This document shows, piece after piece, positions 25,842 through 38,768 of a DNA stretch of 64,000 bases. The position numbers were made by a program, and so were the translations under genes. The notes below the pieces were generated by a model. That model worked only from the letters and a program-made list of their open reading frames with translations. It did no database searches and had not been told where the DNA came from. The stretch is from Macrostomum lignano (lineage: Eukaryota): NCBI GenBank assembly GCA_002269645.1, contig NIVC01002321.1:120193-184192 (forward strand), written 5' to 3'. Within the stretch, counting starts at the first letter, position 1. Each line of letters opens with the position of its first letter.

Positions 25842-26282
25842 CTAATTAATCAGAAGTGTGGAGCAACGCCCAGGCACAATCAAAGCGCCGGGGTTGTTGC
25901 ACAAAGCTGAACAGGGATTTGCGTAGTCAGCACCATCGACGCATACTGGCTCCAATCCGGTGCAGTGCGGGCACAGTGACACCAGCCAGCAGACGTGCGG
26001 TCGACTGTCACGACTGCCGCCCTGCCAGGCGCAGGTCTGTATCGGGCCGAACATTGTGGCACTCTTGGCAGTGAGCCAAGCCCGCTCAACCGCCGGCTCT
26101 GTAAGGAGCGGCGATCGTCGATGACGCAAGTCAACAATGAGCTGAGACTCCGGCAAGCTCTGCGCAACAGACTGCGGCACTGAGATGAGGTCAGACTCGT
26201 TGAATAGGCCGGCACTGAGGCTGGTCAGCTTGGCTAGTAGGGCGGCAACTGTTAGAATTGCGGCTAAAGAGCTGCAATGCAT
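25842..26282 (-). CDS. Secreted Kazal-type protease inhibitor precursor (146 aa, single exon)
   Basis: Signal peptide MHCSSLAAILTVAALLAKLTSLSAG; RHRR basic site; C-terminal CPHC..EPVCVDGADYANPCSALC...GRC Kazal pattern. Confidence 0.72.
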   Translation of the reverse strand: MHCSSLAAILTVAALLAKLTSLSAGLFNESDLISVPQSVAQSLPESQLIVDLRHRRSPLLTEPAVERAWLTAKSATMFGPIQTCAWQGGSRDSRPHVCWLVSLCPHCTGLEPVCVDGADYANPCSALCNNPGALIVPGRCSTLLIN

Positions 26283-26744
26283 GCTGCTTCAGGTGGACTG
26301 GCTCTGACTGCTTGAGATGGGGTTACTGGACCAAGTGCTGAGCCGGCATATTTATCTGTGAATAGGCTCGACTGCATTGGTAATTTGGTCTGTAGGCACG
26401 TTGACAATTCAATGCACTGTCCAAATGGCGTGCTTTATAATTATATAGCTGTTATAGGATAAATAAGCAAAATTTTGTAGATTATTCCTAATTGATTTAT
26501 ACTGTTAAATATATAGGTCAGGTACGTGGCTCTCGTAACCGGCCGCGGTGCATGATGCTTACGCGTGATTAAAAATTATAAGACCCCCAATGGCCTCAAT
26601 TATGCCTTTTTTGCAAGCATGGCCATGGCGTGCATGTTTGGCATCCATGTTTGTTTGTTTCTTTTGATCGGAATGGAGTAATTTTTATATTGCATTAACT
26701 ATTATGATTGTATATCATTAAGTGTCCAATACTTAAAGTATCTT

Positions 26745-27735
26745 AACCTGTCTCTTGGTGGGTGCCCTCTGTCTCTTGGTTGGCGCCCCTGTGTCTTAAT
26801 GGGCGCCCCTGTGTCGGTGGCCGCCCCTGTCTTTTGGTGGGCGCCCCTGTGTCTTAATGGGCGCCCCTGTGTCGGTGGCCGCCCCTGTGTCTTAATGGGC
26901 GCCCCTGTGTCGGTGGCCGCCCCTGTCTTTTGGTGGATGCCCTGGCCTGTCTCTTGGTGGATGCCCTGGCCTGTCTCTTGGTGGATGCCCCTGTGTTTTG
27001 GTGGGCGCCCCTGTCTATTAGTGGATGCTCCTGTGTCTTGGTGGATGCCCCTGTCTTGGTGGATGCTCCTGTGTCTTGGTGGATGCTCCTGTGTCTTGGT
27101 GGATGCTCCTGTCTCTTGGTGGATGCTCCTGTGTCTTGGTGGATGCTCCTGTGTCTTGGTGGATGCTCCTGTGTCTTTGATGGATGCTCCTGTGTCTTTG
27201 GTGGATGCTCCTGTGTCTTGGTGGATGCTCCTGTCTCTTGGTGGATGCTCCTGTGTCTTGGTGGATGCTCCTGTGTCTTGGTGGATGCTCCTGTGTCTTG
27301 GTGGATGCTCCTGTGTCTTGGTGGATGCTCCTGTCTCTTGGTGGATGCTCCTGTGTCTTGGTGGATGCTCCTGTGTCTTGGTAGATGCTCCTGTCTCTTG
27401 GTGGATGCTCCTGTGTCTTGGTGGATGCTCCTGTGTCTTGGTGGATGCCCCTGTCTCTTGGTGGATGCCCCTTGTCTCTTGGTCGGCGCCCCTGTGTCTT
27501 AATGGGCGCCACTGTGTCGGTGGGCGCCCCTGTCTATTGGTGGAAGCCCCTGTGTCTTGGTGGATGCCCCTGTGTTTTGGTGGGCGCGCCCCTGTGTCTT
27601 GGTGGATGCCTGTCTCTTGGTGGATGCTCCTGTGTCTTGGTGGATATGCTCCTGTGTCTTGGTGGATGCTCCTGTCTCTTGGTGGATGCCCTGTGGCTTG
27701 GTGGGCGCCCTTGTCTCTTGGTGCATATGTGCCCT
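26745..27735. repeat. About 20-bp minisatellite (TGGTGGATGCTCCTGTGTCT)n with diverged GGGCGCCCC edge variants
   Basis: Tandem copies. Confidence 0.92.
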
Positions 27736-28261
27736 TTATGTCTTGCCACAGGGGCGCCCACCCTTACATGTACATCTCCTAGCTACAATTTGCAAGTAAG
27801 GCTGGTGGTCAATACCTTCACGGTCTATGAGTCGAATAAAAAACCTAAACAGGATGTACATAAATTCCTTTATTTTATAGATACGAACTTTTTTATACAT
27901 GTACATGTAGTTTTTAGATTGCATGTACATACTAACTAGCACGAAAACATGTTAATTATTACGTACATGTATACAGTACTTACATGTACATGTAATATGG
28001 TGTATCCCGAATTTCCGAATTGCACAACAACAAACAATTATAAACTACAATATTGAAGACGTTCGATCAGTTACTTAAAATGTATTTAAATCTGTGCATG
28101 TGCAACTCTGATCATTTTTTTTCAGATTGTTTAGACATTGCCCTCTTTTTTTAAGCAGCTTCTCATGCTGCCGCCTCAACTTGATTGCACCCTTGCCCTA
28201 ATAGGCAGATACAGTGTACATGTACAGTGTGCAACCGACTGCTCAGCCGCAGCTATTGCGC

Positions 28262-28476
28262 GGCGCATCTGAAGGCTGCGTACGGTTGTTCAGTCCAAGG
28301 ACTGCAGGGGATCGCCACGCAGCCTCAAAAACCCCAGCTATTGCTGGCACCCATTTTACAGCTGGATGGATGAACTGAAGCAATTAATGCAGAGTTGAGT
28401 GTCTTGCTCAAGGACAAAAGTTGTTCCGAATGGGTCAAGAATCGAACCCCTGACCTTTCAGTCGCGAGTAGATGCA
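28262..28476 (-). mobile_element. tRNA-derived SINE copy with CORE/Deu-like central domain (tRNA head partly truncated)
   Basis: Minus strand reads GGTTCGATTC (B box), then TGTCCTTGAGCAAGACACTCAACTC...CAGCTGTAAAATGGG; similar to the copies at 33.8 kb and 54.8 kb. Confidence 0.78.
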
Positions 28477-29256
28477 AGAATGCAGTATATACGAACTTAC
28501 CGAAGCTGATTTCTCAGCACAATAACTATGCATTTAAAAACAGCTTATTAATTTTTCATTATATTTAGCTTAATAATTAGACATAATAATCACCAGTATA
28601 TTATAATTGTGCAGCGATATGATAAATACAATTGGCCCAAATAAAACGTGTGGCTTCAAAGCCAAAATAGCTGATCCCATGAAAAAAAAACAGACAAAAT
28701 CCCCCTATTTAATTTCGCGGGAATAATTTCGAAAGTAAACAAACCAACTTTTCATTTTTAATATTGTATGCTGAACAAGTGACAGTTCCATATCTGACAG
28801 TGCAACTCCAACAGAGACAAATTAAATGACAAAATAATATCGCGCCTCGGACTGAAGCAGCAGAGACAGACGGATGAATTAACGGAGAAAGTTTTGCTTT
28901 TTTTTAAACAGAAAAAACACAACAACAGCCGAACACGTGGGATTTAAAGGGTGGGGCCAGAGAGAACCGGATGAACTTTCGCATCATACTACTCGCCACT
29001 CGCTACTCAGTAGGGTGTTTAGAAACTTGATGAAGTAAAAACCAGACAATTTTTTAAACAGATAATAACTTGTTTTACTAATTCCAGCCTTTCTTTGTCA
29101 CAGGAACGACACGCAATTAAAAATGGGATTTTAATAAACAACAGACACAGTGCTGCGGACTGAACCAGTCTTTTTAAAACTCTGCTACGCAAAGCTGTTG
29201 CTGTTAATAAAAAAAGAAACCACAACGAAACTCGGGGACAAATTATTAGTTTTTAT

Positions 29257-29388
29257 TTACTCGTCGTCTTCTTCTTCATCGTCTTCATCCTCGTCGTCGT
29301 CGCCGGCGTTCGCGCCGTTGTCGCCGGTGGCGTCAGCTTTGGCTCGTTTGGACGCAACGAAGGTGCCAGCCTTGTACTGCTTCATGTC
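29257..29388 (-). CDS. HMGB: HMGB coding exon 2: end of box B and acidic tail
   Basis: CAG|GAC acceptor; DMKQYKAG...DDDEDEDDEEEDDE stop; 200 aa in total. Confidence 0.93.
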   Translation of the reverse strand, partial: DMKQYKAGTFVASKRAKADATGDNGANAGDDDEDEDDEEEDDE

Positions 29389-29534
29389 CTGTTCGAATGG
29401 TTGTGGAAGGGTTCGGCATTGGTACATAACAAAGCAGCGTTCATAGAAAATTAATTAAATCTAACTAATTTTAAATTGGCGCCAAAATTCTGAACCGATT
29501 TCCTAGAAAATAAGACTTCGATCAAGTACTTTAC

Positions 29535-30005
29535 CTCTTCGTAGCGAAGTTTGTCGCGAGCGGCCTGCTGCTCGTAGCGGGGCCGGTTTTTGCAAGCCTC
29601 CCAGCGCCTGCCCAGCTCCTTGGCAACTTCGCTAACTCGCCAGTCTGGATTGCTGGCGCGAACTTTTGGGCGCTCCTCTTCGCAGAAGAAGAAAAAGGCG
29701 GATAGAGGACGTTTAGGCATGTTGGGATCTTTGACACGCTTACGCTTGCGACCTTTGCTGCCGTCGGCGGGCACGTAGTCCTCCATCTCGCGGTTGTGAC
29801 GCTCCTTATCGCGGGCTGCCATGTCCTCGAAGCGTTTTTTCTCCTTCGGGTTCATCGTCTTCCACTTTTCGGCGCACTTCTTGGAGAACTCGGAGAATAC
29901 CACGGTCTCGTCTGGGTGCTTCTTGCGGTGCTCCTCTCGGATCACTTGAACGAAGCACGCGTACGCGGTCATCGCACCCTTGGGCTTGTTCTTGTCTTTA
30001 ACCAT
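29535..30005 (-). CDS. HMGB: HMGB (high mobility group B) coding exon 1: box A and box B
   Basis: KPKGAMTAYACFVQVIREEHRKKHP...FSEFSKKCAEKWKTM; KDPNMPKRPLSAFFFFC; donor GAG|GTAAAG. Confidence 0.96.
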
Positions 30006-30553
30006 CTTGATTGTTGGATAGTTAAAACTGAAACAAAAATTGATAAGTTGAGAATTACGAAGTTTTTTTCAATATTTTGATGACAAAAAAGTAAAAAAGA
30101 TGACGATTTTTTTATTTTTTAAAGCCTTTTTAATAGCAGCTAAATTTGATTACGATTTCTGAGTCTGTCTGGGCCTGACTGAACTGGCAACTCGATTTGT
30201 TTGAATTCGCCTATCTAAATACACTAGGAAGAAAAAAGGGAAATAACAGTTACTAAAACATTGACAGCTACTAGAATGAACGCTAATTGGCTTAAGGCGC
30301 ACATTTGAACCTAGGGTCAACGACTATAACATTGACGTTAAAAGAAATATAATGTAATGCTCACCTGCGAAAATGTATAGAATCCTATGGAGTATGGACG
30401 CTAGTCTGTTGCAATGGTAGGCAAAGGCAATGCAATGCAGGGCTCGTCAGACGTTAGGAAGATAGGCAAGGCTTGCTTTCGTAGCTTAGTCAATCCAATG
30501 CTTTGCGAAACACATTGCAGTTAGTGACTGCATTGCCATTAGTTAGTTTTGCT

Positions 30554-30577
30554 CACGTGATATATATGACAACCAAT
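30554..30577. promoter_or_regulatory. Possible HMGB proximal promoter elements: E-box CACGTG, TA-rich run, CCAAT
   Basis: Motifs cluster about 190 bp upstream of a probable 5'UTR-exon donor near 30365; motif occurrence only. Confidence 0.25.
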
Positions 30578-31705
30578 AAAAAGTAAGCAAACAAACTTTA
30601 ACAAAACCCAAAAGAGTTCATAATAAAGCTACGTTACAAAAACCTACAAAATCTAAAAATGCAAAAAGAAAACTGTAAACGTGCTGAAAAAGTTTGCAAT
30701 AAAATATCAAGATGCGCAGTTATATAGCGAAGTAGCGATTTTTTGTTAAAATATTGTCTAGTTTCAAGAATTCATATTATAGGAAATATCTAAAAAACTG
30801 TCTAGGATTAAGGGATTTATAAAAGTTATTAAATTATTTTTTTAGTTCAGCGGACACAACACAGGAAAAGCGATTTATTTTTGGAATAGAATAATACGTA
30901 CTAGTATCAAATGCAGTTCATTCTGTACTAAAAGTATGACTAATAATATTCCTTTTGTCTTGCCGTTTTCCAGCTACTAGAGCAGGCCTCCGCCTACCCA
31001 GTTAATTGTTAACTCTGCTGAGTTCTTATCGATTAGTTCTAGAACTTTAATTAAAACTTTGGTCATTATTCTTATGTGATCTTGAATGAGTAGTTTATAT
31101 AAAAACTACAGCTTTAGCCTTTAAGTCTAGGCCTATTTTAAACTTTAAATTAATAAAGTATTCCTATTTTGCTAGTTAGTGAATAAAATCCTTTTATTTA
31201 GGCTCGCCAGTAGTATTATATTAAAATCGCAACAGTAAAGTTAGTATTCCCCCAAAATTTATAGACTGGCTTGGCTATACCTATTAGTCATTTTGGTATA
31301 GATTAGGGCTTAGGGATCTTGGGACTTAGGAAAAAAGAATTTTTTAATTTTAAAACTTTTAATTGAGTCAATTGGATAGGAAATAAAATTTGATTGTACA
31401 TATTATACAGTTTTTTATAATGAGATGTTGCTAGTTATGTAAAAATTAACAATAGGGTGCCATTTTCATATGTAATTTTGTTATTTTAATGTTTTGAAAA
31501 AATATGAAAACCCATTAAATAACATTTTAATTTCTAATGAGAAGAGAATTTTATGTTTAACCATCTTTTGAATAGTATATTTTAATAAATAATTGTGTTT
31601 TTTAATTGGATAGTGTATTATTATTATTTCTTTTTAATGAATGAATAACTAATATATTTTTATAATTAATTTTTAAAAATTTAATTGATTATACCTAGGC
31701 CTATC

Positions 31706-32162
31706 CCATAGTCCAGAACGTGGCCTTTACACCGGAATTTTCCGGCATATTTTTGCTCTCGCTGACAATCTTGGCGTACACTTGGTGTATAGAATTTTCA
31801 GGTTTAACATGGAGTATACACAGTTGGTGTACAAAAAACTTGCAAAGTTCAAGGCTAATGTAATAGTGTAGTTATATATCAACCAACGTCAAAAGCTCTT
31901 TAAAAATAATTGGAAACCTTAATAAAAAATATTAACGCAATCACAAGAAAAAAATTAAAACAAAGAATATTAGTTTTTAGCAAAAAACAGCTCTTTTAAA
32001 GTTCAGTAAACGTTTAGAATCCCTAAAATTGTATACTAGTTAAAAATGGCGCATAAAAATTTAGTCTTGGCGTAAAATGCTTTTTTTAATTTTACGTTGG
32101 CATAAAATTGAAAAAACATGAATTTTCATTCCGGCGTACGCCTGCCATGATCCAGACTATGG
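31706..32162. mobile_element. Non-autonomous DNA transposon (MITE) with imperfect TIRs of about 35 bp, CCATAGTC...GACTATGG
   Basis: Flanking direct repeat GGCCTATC at 31698-31705 and 32163-32170; the TIRs also share TAC(A/G)CCGGAAT. Confidence 0.75.
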
Positions 32163-33184
32163 GGCCTATCTTAATAAGCAGATGTTCAACTGACAGCTTA
32201 GCCACAGCTATTGTGTGCCAGGGTCAGGATTGTATACTGCTATATGCTGGAATGAAAATTGCTTCTATAGTTCATATATGCTAATATATGCCAATGAAAT
32301 TTTTATTGCATTAAAAAATATAGGCCTACCAAAAAAATTACAAATTAAAACCAATATTAACAGCTTAAAAATTTTAATATTTAAAAAATTAATGTGGTAA
32401 TACTGGTAATTTTTTACTAAACTGCACAGAACTAGTTATTGTAACTATTTTTGTTTTAGTTTTAATTTCTTAGAAAAGTTAAACCTAGTTTTTTAATTTA
32501 GTTTTCTATTTTTTGTGAAGGACTGGCTATTCTTTCTGATCAAAATTTAGCTACTGTAACTATGTACATAGAGACTATGCCAAATGTAAACTTAATCATT
32601 TTTGTATTTTGATTGTATAGTTTGATTAGGACTTAGAACTTTTGGTCATATCTGGTGTTTCAGCAATTTCTATATACATAGAGGGGTATGTCATAAGTAC
32701 AAGCTACGGATATTCCATAAGTACTTATACTTTTGCATGCTGCTCAGGAACTACGCAACCAATCATTGTGGGTTTTGTGTTGCTGGAAAGCGGCTTTACT
32801 CATCTTTAATCTGTTGCCAAAATCATTTCGTTCCATCAACTATGTCAAAAGTTACAATAAAAAATGTAGTCAAAGGTCACCCATAGACTTGCAGGAAATT
32901 TTCAAAGTCAAAACTTCAAAGTTCAGCACGCAGAGTTATTTCCGATTCTGCATAATGCATTCTTTTTTTGCTTCATAAGTGAATGCCACACCCTTTTCGT
33001 CTATGGAAAATACTGGCCTAAGCTTTCACAGCATCTTAATCTTAAGATCACAGCATCTTAATCTTAAGATCACAGCATCTTAATCTTGTAAAGTTTCACC
33101 ACCTTGGCTGCTGCTGCATCACCATGGATGTGAACTCAAGGGAAGGACAGCGCGCTGCAATTTTTACCCTCTGGAAACTTGGAA

Positions 33185-33385
33185 AGCAGACTTTGCTTTA
33201 TTTCCAGAGTTGAAGCGCCATCTGAAAGGATGCGTGTATGAGACCAGGAACCAGATCAAGGAGGAAGTCTGCAGAATTCTGCTGTACATCATCCCCCAAC
33301 AGCTGTACACAGAAGCCATCAACAGCATGTTTAACAGGTGGACCAAGTGCATCAACTCCGGTGGAAACTACGTTAAGAAGGTGTC
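33185..33385 (+). pseudogene. mariner (DD34D-type) transposase C-terminal relic
   Basis: ADFALFPELKRHLKG...YETRNQIKEEV...MFNRWTKCINSGGNYVKK matches the mariner transposase C-terminus. Confidence 0.82.
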
Positions 33386-33821
33386 GGTACTGACCGAGGA
33401 TGAGTTACAAAGAAGTCAAACTTTTTTTCATCAACAACGCGCCTCTGTTTTAATGCTTGCCATTGTAGTTGTTGCTCTTTAAATTTCTTGTGAGTCTAAG
33501 GGTGACCTTTGACTGCATTTTTATTGTAACTTTTGACATAGTTGACAGAACGAAATGATTAATTGGTGACAGATTAAAGATGAGTAAAGCCGCTTTCCAG
33601 CGACATAAAACTTACAATGATTGGTTGCGTAGTTCCTGAGCAGCATGCGGGGGTGTGGGTACTTATGGAACATCTCTCGTATATGCCAAGAGGGCACGCC
33701 AGGCCCCTCTATATGCCAAGTTGTATGCCAATAATGTATCCTAGGTCCCTCTGTATGCCAGGATTTTCTGGTATACATGTATATTATATATTATCCAGAA
33801 TCTAGATTGCATGGCATAGGC

Positions 33822-34041
33822 CTATCTGAAGGCTGCATATGCTATTTAGTCCAAGGACTAGAAGGTCACTACACATACCCTAAATTATCTTAGCTAATGC
33901 TGGTACCCATTTTATAGCTGGGTGAACTAAAGCAATGCAGAGTTAAGTGTCTTGTTCAAGGACACAAATTGTTCCAAATGAATCAGGAATTGAACCTTCA
34001 ACCTTCAAGTTATAAGTCCAATGCTTTGACCTCTAGGCTAC
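33822..34041 (-). mobile_element. tRNA-derived CORE/Deu-like SINE copy
   Basis: Same body as 28262-28476; head reads GTAGCCTAGAGGTCAAAGC...GGTTCAATTCC on the minus strand. Confidence 0.75.
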
Positions 34042-35439
34042 AATCCCTTATAAATATAAATATTAAAAATAGTATTTATGAAAAAATAAATATTTATAAA
34101 CATAGGGCCTAAACAAAAAATAGTATATAGAAAGATTGTGGAAATTTTTATTTTTAGATAGTCTTGTACTTTTAACATTAATTGTTTGTTGTCATGTTAA
34201 TTGTTAGTTGTGTTTTTATGGTTTTTATGGTGTTTTTAATAAGGTCTTTATTTTATCATTATCTCATTTTAAACTCATAATGCTAACCTCATATTTAATA
34301 CCCCTAAATGACATTTGATTTTGTCACTAATGCTGAAATTCCAAAAGACAAATTAAGTTTTATTACTTCATAATCCAGATCTTATTTAGCTTATGTCAGA
34401 TTAAAATTTCAGCTTTTCTTAGATTTATTTCAAATTTAGTGCAAAGGAGTTAAAAGAACTTAAAAAGTACATTCACTATAGTGTAAAAACTGAAAAAGGA
34501 AAACTTTAAATTAAAAAAGCTTTTATGCAAACAAAAGATACATGAAGATATGATGTTAATAACATTGCTAATTAACTAATTAAATACATTTTAGTCTAGT
34601 TTTTGTTTTAGTTTTCTTTACCAAAACTTTTTAAAAAACAATTAGCATATAATCTTTTACAAATATTCAAAATAAAATTACACAAACCATGCAACATATT
34701 TTTGTAGCTTGCCTGAAAACAAAGTAAAAATCACTAATTTGTTATCATTTTAAAAAATATATAAATGTCTAATATTTTCCACAGTTTTAAATGCTAGGCC
34801 TATCTGTTTTGCTATTCACCCTTGGTTTGCCACAATTGACACTAGCAAGATTAGTTTAATTTCTTGGCAATTATCCATGTTTGTGTGCAAGCTTACATTT
34901 TAAGACATAACAAATAGATAGTATAAAATATAAAATGTATATAGCACTGGGCCCATATTTGAAATAGAGATATTTATACTACTAACTCTATATATAATAA
35001 TTTATAACTAGCAGTTAAACCAAGCATGCTTTTCTATTTGATTTTATTCTTCATAATATATTAAGATATTCGTATAGTTCTTAATTCAAATTGATACCCA
35101 GCATTTCTAGCATAAATTATTTTATGTAGCCTAAGTTTAAAACTATAATTTCTTATGTTTTTGAAGTTTTGGTATATTTAATGAATATTTTTTCTAAGCC
35201 TCATATTTATTATCCACTTTTCATGTAAAACATTAAGATGTCAATAATTTTATAATTATTCAGATTTTTTAGATTCCAATGTTTCTTTAAATTGTCAAAA
35301 TTAAGTAGGCCCAAACTTAAAAACATGGAGTCAGCAAAAAACCTCAAAGCATAACAATGCAAAGTATAGGATATAGATACCAGGTACTAGTATTTTATTT
35401 GATTTTGACAACAACAACAAAATATGAAGTTCTGTGTGT

Positions 35440-35870
35440 AAGGTCACATACAGTTAGAGCAGGGTGCATCAGATAGCACACCACAGAGCATGTGAGTAGG
35501 TATAGCAGGCAGTTCACATATTGACATGTTTGGGCCTGACTCTGCCTTAACAGGCCTTGCAAGGTGAGCAGCAGGATGTCCTAAACAGGTTGGGGCAGTA
35601 GCCCTAGGCTTGGATCACGTGGCCTACCAATTGAAGTCACCGCCAGTGCAGGATGGTAGACAGGTGTTGCAGCTTAGCCCAATCATTCAGGGCCTCAGTC
35701 CCGATGCTCTTGTTAAGAGGATGGCCTGCATCGAATGGAAGGCTGTCCAGGCAAGTCTGTGCATCAGAGGTCTTCCTCCATGTGGGGCAACAGGCTGCCA
35801 AGATAGGTGAACCACTGGCAGTATGCAAGCTTGATTGTCTGCCCATCTGTGCCGCGTGTCTATTAAACTT
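35440..35870 (-). mobile_element. Old RTE-like LINE fragment
   Basis: Broken frames give CQWFTYLGSLLP and RLAWTAFHSMQAIL, resembling QQFVYLGGLV and AWAAFR in the 21-24 kb element. Confidence 0.6.
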
Positions 35871-37766
35871 AATATGGTTAATATAACTAACAGCACTATA
35901 ACAATAGGGCTGCAAAAATTCTGTGAAGTATGTTGTGTACCATTCTCTATGCATTTTCAATTCTATGTAAGAAACACCTGTGAACTGCCTGCTTTAAGTT
36001 TATTAAACATTTTTGCTATGGAGTGCTTTTGGGATGCTTTACCTTTAATTACATGTCTTTAAAAATTTTTAATTAGGTATAATTTATCTAAAGTATTTAG
36101 AAGCCTAAAATTTTGGAATAGACTGTAAAGAGTATTTTATAATAATGAAAAGAGTATCAAGAAAATTTGTTTCCACAATAGTCCCTCGGGATTGAACATA
36201 TTTTCATATTGAATTTATGGCTTGTCATATTTTGAGTAGATACAAACTTCTATCTTTTGTGATCTTTGAGTGGAGTGGAAAGTTATTCCCAAATAGAATC
36301 ATTTCATCGACAAAACATTTATAATTTAGATCTCATGGTGATAATTATTTGTATTTATTCGGATCGAATGACTGAAGTGATGAAATTGAAAACTTAATCG
36401 CGTTCATTTTGCAGGAAGCGAATCCAAGTTTGTCTATGTACATCACTTTTCACAAGTACTTGATACTTTTGCACACGTTTTAATGTACTGGATGAAGCAT
36501 TTATTGTATAAATTGCTTGGAACGACTAGACTTAGAAAGTGAACACTGGGAGTGAAGCCTGAAATCTCTTCTGTCAGACAAGACTTGTCAAATTTGTGGG
36601 GGCGGCAGGGTTAGCTAAGGCAGGAATGAAGGCCTGTGTACATTCATATCGTCACGCCCTCTAGTGTGAGTGCCAAGTGCGTGGGCAGCCTGCAGGCCGC
36701 CCTCAGGCTCAACCCCTCAACTTCAACCCCCATTAGTCAGACTGCCGCCCACCTCTGCAGCCAACCAGAGAGCAGCCAATTCCGCTGTCTCCTGATCAGC
36801 TGATTCTAGTCGGCGTTGCCCCAGCTCTACATCACCCTATTAAGTAGTTCCCGGCGCAACTTTATCTGTTTATATCTTCTAAACCAAACATCCGATCGGA
36901 ATAAAAATCAATACACTTCCTCATCATACATTAAATTACATGCCTGTAAAATTTGTCAATGTACAGAAATAAAGGTCAATTTTTGTTAAAGAATAACGTC
37001 TGTAAAGCAATCTTATATACTGAATCTGAAAATGTTTGTAACTTTGTTTATAAGTTTCGCATCTCCTCTTGAACCACTTGGTAGATTTTCGTCAAATTTG
37101 TTTCATTCGATGTGGAATTCTATTGGGACCATGTGGTCTAATTTTCATTTTGATGTCGTAGTGTGAAGCCTCTCAAATTGGAGAAATACTGTATTTCGCC
37201 TATCTAATTAGTGTATTTTTCTCGCAGTCAGAGTTAAATTTTCAATTTTATATCTATGGTGGTCCGTGAAGTTGACTACGCGGCAGCAGCATCAGCAGCA
37301 GCAGCAGCGGCTCGAGTCTAAATAAAGTCTTTCAATATATAAAGCTAATTATATAGTGTATTTTTCTCGCATTGATTTTATAACCTTGAAGTTCTTTAAG
37401 GTGAGTTCAACCGGTGAGTTCAACGGTCAGTCTGTTCAACTTCGATTCATTCGTATTCGTGCTGGATTGGAGTGATTTGTCAACCGGTCGACCTGTCTGA
37501 TCTTCTGTTTGCTGTTCGATTATTTGTCGGCCTGAACCGGTCGACCGGTCTCAACAATTTCATGTGAATGTGTCTCTTAGTTTTTGATACCTGGGCGCGG
37601 GTGTGCTGTCGCTCATGCCGAAGAGGAAGCGAAAGAGTGAGTTAGTAGAGTCGGGAAGCAAAATTGCGTCGTCGGCAGGAAACAGCGGAGGAGCGTAATT
37701 CGCGGCTTGAGAAACAACTAGAGTATAGTCTAATACTTTACTCTATTTTGTTTCTAACCATTTTAG

Positions 37767-38525
37767 GTTGGCGAAGGTTCGATACCGAGTGATTCAGACG
37801 CCAATATCGTGCTACCACCCGAAATCGTTTTGCCTGGTGACGCTACTGTTGTTGATTTGATCCGGTTTGTATACCCAACGTTCGCTGGGATCGAAAACAG
37901 GGAGAAGTTTTTTGAGAGCCGCGTCATTTTAGCTCCACTAAACGACTCCGTTGATAAAATTAACGATGCATGTTTAGATTTATTTCCAGGCGTTGATCGC
38001 GAATATAGATCAATTGACAGTGTCGAGGATGAGGATGACTTGACGCACTATCCACCTGAAGTGCTGAATAGTATGGACGCACCTGGATTGCCAAAGCATC
38101 GGCTTCGTCTCAAATGCGGGATGCCTGTAGTTCTACTACGAAACTTAAACCCACCACGACTGTGCAACGGAACACGATTAATCATTAAGGAATTGCGAAA
38201 CAATATCTTACAATGTCAAATTGCTGCTGGTCAATTCAAAGGCGAAACAGTTTTGTTGCCGCGCGTACCATTGATACCAAGTAATTTGGATCTACCTGTT
38301 AAGTTCAGAAGGCTACAATTTCCTCTACGACCCTGTTTCTGCATGACTATTCATAAAGCACAAGGCCAATCCCTTGACGTAGTTGGAATTGACCTTGCAG
38401 GTAGCTGTTTTGCGCATGGACAGCTCTCTACACTGCACTTTCCAGAGCAAAAAAATGTTTGTAATGTTCGAGTTCGAATGTGCGGCGAAAGAACCAAAAA
38501 TATCGTTTACCCAGAAGTTTTTTGA
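37767..38525 (+). pseudogene. Helitron RepHel PIF1 helicase C-terminal part
   Basis: VGEG, RVILAPLN, LKCGMPVVLLRNL, LCNGTRL, RLQFPLRPCFCMTIHKAQGQSL, ending TKNIVYPEVF. The GQLYTALSR motif is broken by a local frameshift near 38425 and the N-terminal Rep region is missing. Confidence 0.88.
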
Positions 38526-38768
38526 ATTGGACGTCTTTATTATCTATTAATAATTTTTTACAATTCAATTTAAAAAAAATATGTTGCTATTTTACTACGA
38601 GCCACGATTAAATATTGAAAGTGCATGCTGTCACGCAAAACGTCTATGAGAAAATGTGTGTCCTGAAACTGTATTTTTCGCGGAATGCATAAGCTTGAGA
38701 TGCATTTCTAGCTTAAGATGAATTTCTAGCTGCAAGTAGTAAATTCCATTAAATTTGTCTTCTTCGTT

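Noticed and set aside
36595-36930. Possible solo LTR (TGT...ACA with AATAAA, GC-rich island)
   Set aside because: No clean flanking TSD and no second copy, primer-binding site or polypurine tract in the window.
30600-37300. AT-rich block as a possible mitochondrial insertion
   Set aside because: No recognisable mitochondrial protein, rRNA or tRNA sequence; it contains ordinary nuclear TE relics.
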